Shown here: piece after piece, positions 59,920 to 64,000 of the stretch
Layout of the letters: each line of letters opens with the position of its first letter
Position numbering within the stretch: position 1 is the stretch's first letter
Assembly: GCA_034432595.1 (NCBI GenBank)
Contig: DAOUBT010000004.1
Coordinates: forward strand, 18,892 to 82,891
Reading direction: 5' to 3'
From: Anaerolineae bacterium
GTDB taxonomy: Bacteria > Chloroflexota > Anaerolineae > B4-G1 > SLSP01
Length of the DNA stretch: 64,000 nucleotides
Notes under the pieces: generated by a model
What the model was told of the DNA's origin: nothing
What the model saw: the letters and a program-made list of their open reading frames with translations, nothing else
Databases searched by the model: none
Position numbers and translations under genes: made by a program

Positions 59920-60906
59920 ATGTGTTCCGTGCGGCGTCATCATGGCTCGGTCTTCTTCCCGCTCCTGCTCATCAGCGCAGGATGTGTGGGGCTGCTGATC
60001 AATGTGGGCTTGCTGCCTTTAGCCAACCTTACAGCCCTGGCTTATCTGTGGCCGCTGCTCCTGGTCTTTCTGGGCCTGGATATCATGATAGGTTACCGCT
60101 CGCGCTGGCTGAGCGCCCTCATCTGGCTTAGCGCAATGGGGTTGATGCTGGCCCTGCTCCTCTACGGTCCCAGCACGGGCATCTTGCCACAGGCCGAAGT
60201 CAAACGTGAGGTGCTGCGCGAACCTCTCGGCAATACCCGCACCGCTGACGTGTACCTCGACTTGCCCGGCAACCCCGTAACCGTGAGCGCACTTTCCACC
60301 GCCGACCTGCTCTTTGAAGCGTCCATCAGCTACATTGGCGACTACGTGTACGACGTATACACCTCCTCCGCGAACGAAACGTCCATTCATTTGGGCAGTC
60401 GTGGTCTGTGGTCCATTTTTTACGTCCCTTCAGCCACTCCGGAAGCTGACCGCTGGCAGATTAGCCTTTCTCCCCACGTTCCGCTCAAACTGGAGGTGGA
60501 CGGACACACCGGCGCCGCGGATCTCGACCTGCGCCGCCTGACGCTGCGCACCTTAGAGGTAAATGCGGGGAGCGGTGCGCTCACCCTGATCCTGCCAGAA
60601 GGAGGCCCCCAGCTTAAGGGGACGCTGAACGCCAGTCAGGGTCCCTTCACACTCATCATCCCGGCCAACGCCAGCGCCGAACTACGCCTCGAAGGTGGAT
60701 CAGGGCCTTTGCGTCTGGAATGCGAAGAGGGGGCTGCGCTGCGCCTGATCGTCGAAGAACGTGGCAGCGGGGCGCTTACCCTGCCCTCGTGGATGACACC
60801 AGTCCCGAACCTTACCGACACCTGGGAAACGGCTCAGTATGCCACGGCCAGCCGGCGCGTGACCATCACGCTCATCCAGGACTCGGGCCACCTTGAAGTG
60901 CGCTGA
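59920..60906 (+). CDS. LiaF/YvlB-like membrane protein (N-terminal TM domain plus C-terminal toastrack/DUF4097-like beta domain); the true start is probably the GTG at 59929
   Basis: N-terminal helices FFPLLLISAGCVGLLINVGLLPL...LWPLLLVFLGLDIM. C-terminal repeated beta-strand pattern (LKLEVDGHTGAADLDL...LEVNAGSGALTLILP...AELRLEGGSGPLRLE). Confidence 0.6.
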   Translation: MCSVRRHHGSVFFPLLLISAGCVGLLINVGLLPLANLTALAYLWPLLLVFLGLDIMIGYRSRWLSALIWLSAMGLMLALLLYGPSTGILPQAEVKREVLREPLGNTRTADVYLDLPGNPVTVSALSTADLLFEASISYIGDYVYDVYTSSANETSIHLGSRGLWSIFYVPSATPEADRWQISLSPHVPLKLEVDGHTGAADLDLRRLTLRTLEVNAGSGALTLILPEGGPQLKGTLNASQGPFTLIIPANASAELRLEGGSGPLRLECEEGAALRLIVEERGSGALTLPSWMTPVPNLTDTWETAQYATASRRVTITLIQDSGHLEVR

Positions 60907-61105
60907 AATGTCCCGCTCCGGACGGTAACGTTTCACGGGGCCAGAGCTTTCGACAGGTTCGCAAACGCGAAGGAGCAGCAGGGATGAGCGGCCCAGGCAC
61001 AGCTCGTCCCAGGCCGGGATATCCCATATCCCAGCAACACTTGCATATTTTCAAAAATCATCTACTATCAAGGCGGCGGAAAACTTAGTACGGGAAACTT
61101 AAAGC

Positions 61106-63628
61106 ATGAGCATCGCACCGGATCTGAGCCAGGATATTCCCGACCCGACGAAGGGCCGGGGGTCTGTCCTGCAATCCACCCGCCATGATCAGCTCAACAT
61201 CTTAACCATCGCTATTCTGGTTGGGCTGTTCCTCAGCGTGGCGTGGGCTTTTACCGCGCGCACCTCGCAAGAAATCGGCTCCCGCCTCAGCCTTATTTTC
61301 TTGCCTGGGATTCTTTTATTGGTCACCGTCCGGGCCACGCGACAAGCCTTAAACGAAGAAAAAGAAGAACGCGCGGCCTGGATTTTTGTTATCGGCACAG
61401 CTTTAGCCCTCATCCTCCTCATCGCCAAAGGGAAGACCACAGGTGACGTCGCCGTGTTCGGCTTGCCCTTGCTCGTGATCATCGCCGGCATTATGCTCCC
61501 GCGCTGGACACCGTGGGCGTTGCTGGGTACCTTCACCGTGGTGACGCTGCTCTTCTCATCCATAGAAGCGGGGCGTTTAAGCCTGCCGCTGTTGCGCTTT
61601 TGGGGGTTGTTGGTCGCCGCAGCGTCCGCGGGTGTGATTCACAGCATCGCGGGACAAGTCTTCATGTTCGCGGCCTGGTACGCTTCGAGCTACGAAAAAT
61701 ATCACCAGTGGGCACTGGAACTCCACGAAAGCCGGGAGACGCTCAAAAAATTGCTACAAATCCGCGACCGGCTGAATGCTGAGCTACAATCCGCAAACGA
61801 GCAACTTTCGCGCCGCGCCCTGCAGCTTGCTCTGAGCAATGAAGTCGGTCAGCAAATTACCTCAGTCCTGGAACAACAAGACCTCCTCACCCTGCTGGTG
61901 CGCCTCATCCGAGACCGTTTTGGCTACTATTTCGTCGGTGTGTGGTTTGTCAATCCCGAACAGGAAAACGTTGAACTGCGTGCCTACGCCGGGCCAGAAA
62001 GTATGCAGGCCTTGCAGGGCACCATCACAATCCCCCTGAGCCGGGATAGCCTGGTGACGGGGACCTGCAAGACTGCACGCGTCCGCGTTGAAGACGATGT
62101 GACCTTAACCAGTGACTACCTGCCCCTGGCGGAACTGCCCGCGACCCGATCCGAGTGCGTGTTCCCGTTGCAGATTGGCGATAAGCTCTTCGGCGCGTTG
62201 GATATCCAGAGCGAAAAAGTTGCCGCCTTCCGCAGCGACGACATCATGGTATTGCAGACCCTGGCCAACCAGATTGCCATCGCCATCCGCAATGCGCAGC
62301 TCTACCGCTCCGAAAAGCAGCGCCGCCAACTGGCCGAAACCCTGGTGGAAGTGGCCCGCATCCTGAGCAGCAGCCTGGATATGCGTGAGGTGCCGCAGCG
62401 CATCCTCAAGCAACTCGGCGCCGTTGTCCCCTACGAGCGCGGGTCTATCTGGCTGCAGCAAGACAACGTCCTGCAGATGGTGGCCAGTCAAGGCTATCCG
62501 GAAGGGTATCAGGCTCCAGCGATGCCCATCCGGGAAGGGGATGTCTATCACCGCATCGCCAGCACGCAAGAACCCATCATCGTGAGCGACGTGACGGCGG
62601 AACCGGGCTGGCAACAGGTGGAGGGGCTGCCCGTGGACCATTCCTGGATGGGGGTGCCCCTCATCGCGCGCGACAAGGTCATCGGCATGATTTCCCTCAC
62701 CCGCAGCGAGGTTGGGCAATTTACGCAAGATGACAAAACCGCGGTGCAGGCTTTTGCCGGTCAGGCGGCCATCGCGCTGGAAAATGCCCGCCTCTACGCG
62801 GAAATCCTGGACTTCAACGAGCATCTTGAGCAGATGGTGCAGGAGCGTACTGAAGCGCTCAATCAGGCCAACCTGCGCCTTGAACAACTTTACAAGAGCA
62901 AGACCAAATTCATCGAGGTGGCGGCCCACGAGCTGCGCACGCCGCTCACCGTCATTCAGGGCAACACGCAGGTTCTGCCGCACATTGCCCAGATTCAGGA
63001 ATCCCACCCCGCTTATCAATTCCTGCTCGGCATCCGCAACGGGACAGAACGCTTGCTGGAAATCGTCAACAGCATGTTGGATGTGGCCCGCATTGAAAAC
63101 GAGGCGCTCGAAGCTGCGCGCAAGCCCGTGAAACTGGTGCACATCATTAACAGCGCTGCCAAACCTTACCTCACGGCGCTCAAAGAACGCAACCTCACCC
63201 TTATTCAGGACCCTTCGCTGGAAGAGTTGCCCATCATCCATGGGGACTTCAACCTGCTGATCAAGGTCTTCTACCAGCTTATTGGCAATGCCATCAAGTA
63301 CACACCGGATGGTGGGAAAATCACCATCGAGGGGCGTACGGTCACCGATCACGGCACGGCCATGGTCGAGGTGGTGGTCTCCGATACGGGCATTGGCATT
63401 GACGCGGAATATCTGGAGCTGATTTTCGAGCCGGCCTATCAGATTGGCGAGGTGGAATTCCACTCTTCGGGGCGCACCAAGTTCAAAGGCGGCGGACCGG
63501 GCCTTGGCCTGGCTATCGCGCGCGGGATTGTGCTCGCCCATGGCGGGCGCATTTGGGCTGAAAGCCCCGGCCACGACGAAGTCAACTTCCCCGGCAGCAA
63601 ATTCTACGTCCGCTTGCCGATTGACTGA
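61106..63628 (+). CDS. Multi-TM, tandem-GAF sensor histidine kinase (840 aa)
   Basis: About 6 N-terminal TM helices. H-box AAHELRTPLTVIQGN. G-box GPGLGLAIARGIVLAHGGRIWAES. Confidence 0.85.
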   Translation: MSIAPDLSQDIPDPTKGRGSVLQSTRHDQLNILTIAILVGLFLSVAWAFTARTSQEIGSRLSLIFLPGILLLVTVRATRQALNEEKEERAAWIFVIGTALALILLIAKGKTTGDVAVFGLPLLVIIAGIMLPRWTPWALLGTFTVVTLLFSSIEAGRLSLPLLRFWGLLVAAASAGVIHSIAGQVFMFAAWYASSYEKYHQWALELHESRETLKKLLQIRDRLNAELQSANEQLSRRALQLALSNEVGQQITSVLEQQDLLTLLVRLIRDRFGYYFVGVWFVNPEQENVELRAYAGPESMQALQGTITIPLSRDSLVTGTCKTARVRVEDDVTLTSDYLPLAELPATRSECVFPLQIGDKLFGALDIQSEKVAAFRSDDIMVLQTLANQIAIAIRNAQLYRSEKQRRQLAETLVEVARILSSSLDMREVPQRILKQLGAVVPYERGSIWLQQDNVLQMVASQGYPEGYQAPAMPIREGDVYHRIASTQEPIIVSDVTAEPGWQQVEGLPVDHSWMGVPLIARDKVIGMISLTRSEVGQFTQDDKTAVQAFAGQAAIALENARLYAEILDFNEHLEQMVQERTEALNQANLRLEQLYKSKTKFIEVAAHELRTPLTVIQGNTQVLPHIAQIQESHPAYQFLLGIRNGTERLLEIVNSMLDVARIENEALEAARKPVKLVHIINSAAKPYLTALKERNLTLIQDPSLEELPIIHGDFNLLIKVFYQLIGNAIKYTPDGGKITIEGRTVTDHGTAMVEVVVSDTGIGIDAEYLELIFEPAYQIGEVEFHSSGRTKFKGGGPGLGLAIARGIVLAHGGRIWAESPGHDEVNFPGSKFYVRLPID

Positions 63629-63764
63629 ACAGGTCTGAACCCCATGTGAACAACAAGGGCGAACCAGCCGGCGCCGGTCCGCTCCTATTTCCCAACTTCT
63701 GAAATACCCGCTCCCTATGGCACAGAGCTGCCCCTTATGCTGTTTTATGCCGCTTCGTACCGGC

Positions 63765-63845
63765 TCACTCTATCTGGGTTACGGTGCGAGGCGGGGTAAG
63801 GGTGAGCGACGGCAATGCCTTCGCCCACCCAGGCCCCCCATTGAT
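63765..63845. repeat. Copy of the dispersed intergenic repeat family (CTGGGTTACGGTGC...GACGGCAATGCCTTCGCCCACCCAGGC)
   Basis: See the dispersed-repeat finding. Confidence 0.6.
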
Positions 63846-63895
63846 CTTGTGCCATGGTTCTTCATGGCCCGGTCAGGTTGAGCAGCTACGCCAGC

Positions 63896-64000
63896 TCAAC
63901 GAATAAAAGCTTCCCGCGCCGGCCCCACGCCGATAAAGATAATCGGCACGCCGACCAGCTCTTCGATACGCGCAAGGTAATGTTGCGCCGCTGCGGGCAA
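63896..64000 (-). CDS. purA: Adenylosuccinate synthetase, C-terminal end (3'-partial in this window)
   Basis: Minus-strand translation ...[34 protein letters not shown] matches the conserved PurA C-terminus (YL.RIEEL.GVP...GP.RE..I). Confidence 0.7.
   Translation of the reverse strand: MPAAAQHYLARIEELVGVPIIFIGVGPAREAFIR

Noticed and set aside
53921-63845. Dispersed intergenic repeats as tRNA or tmRNA genes
   Set aside because: No cloverleaf can be drawn and there is no CCA/T-arm GTTC signature. Lengths and conserved blocks differ from tRNA. They are kept as a repeat family of unknown function.

Overview
High-GC (~63-65%) bacterial chromosomal window, most consistent with a Chloroflexota-like genome (lineage is a low-confidence guess). 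It is gene-dense on both strands. Main contents: (i) a giant, 5'-truncated surface protein longer than 2889 aa, built from Pmp-like beta-helix repeats, about 22 DUF11 repeats and a CARDB domain, followed by a small LPXTG-type anchored protein. (ii) A PrsW-like membrane-protease fusion next to a TIMP/NTR-like secreted protein. (iii) An unusual cluster: Ycf46-like AAA+ ATPase, HEAT/WD40 protein, GrpE, short Hsp70, DUF1257 (Ycf35-like), DUF2997 and a NrdG-like radical-SAM activase. (iv) A signalling island of about 20 kb with 5 sensor histidine kinases (one of 1686 aa carrying about 6 GAF domains), 2 GAF adenylate/guanylate cyclases and a CheY-like regulator; one kinase gene is bracketed by inverted arrays of hairpin-forming tandem repeats. 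(v) Sugar-nucleotide genes (PMM/PGM, DeoB, Gmd, Rmd-like) and housekeeping genes (efp, CCA enzyme, 3' end of purA). (vi) A PLD plus dual-specificity phosphatase pair and an overlapping operon of histidine kinase, small membrane protein and HerA/DUF87 ATPase. (vii) A dispersed intergenic repeat family of at least 5 copies with a conserved near-palindromic core, GGCAAT(A/G)CCTTCGCCCACCCC. I found no rRNA, tRNA, CRISPR array, transposase or integrase. Most long antisense ORFs in the six-frame track are high-GC artefacts.
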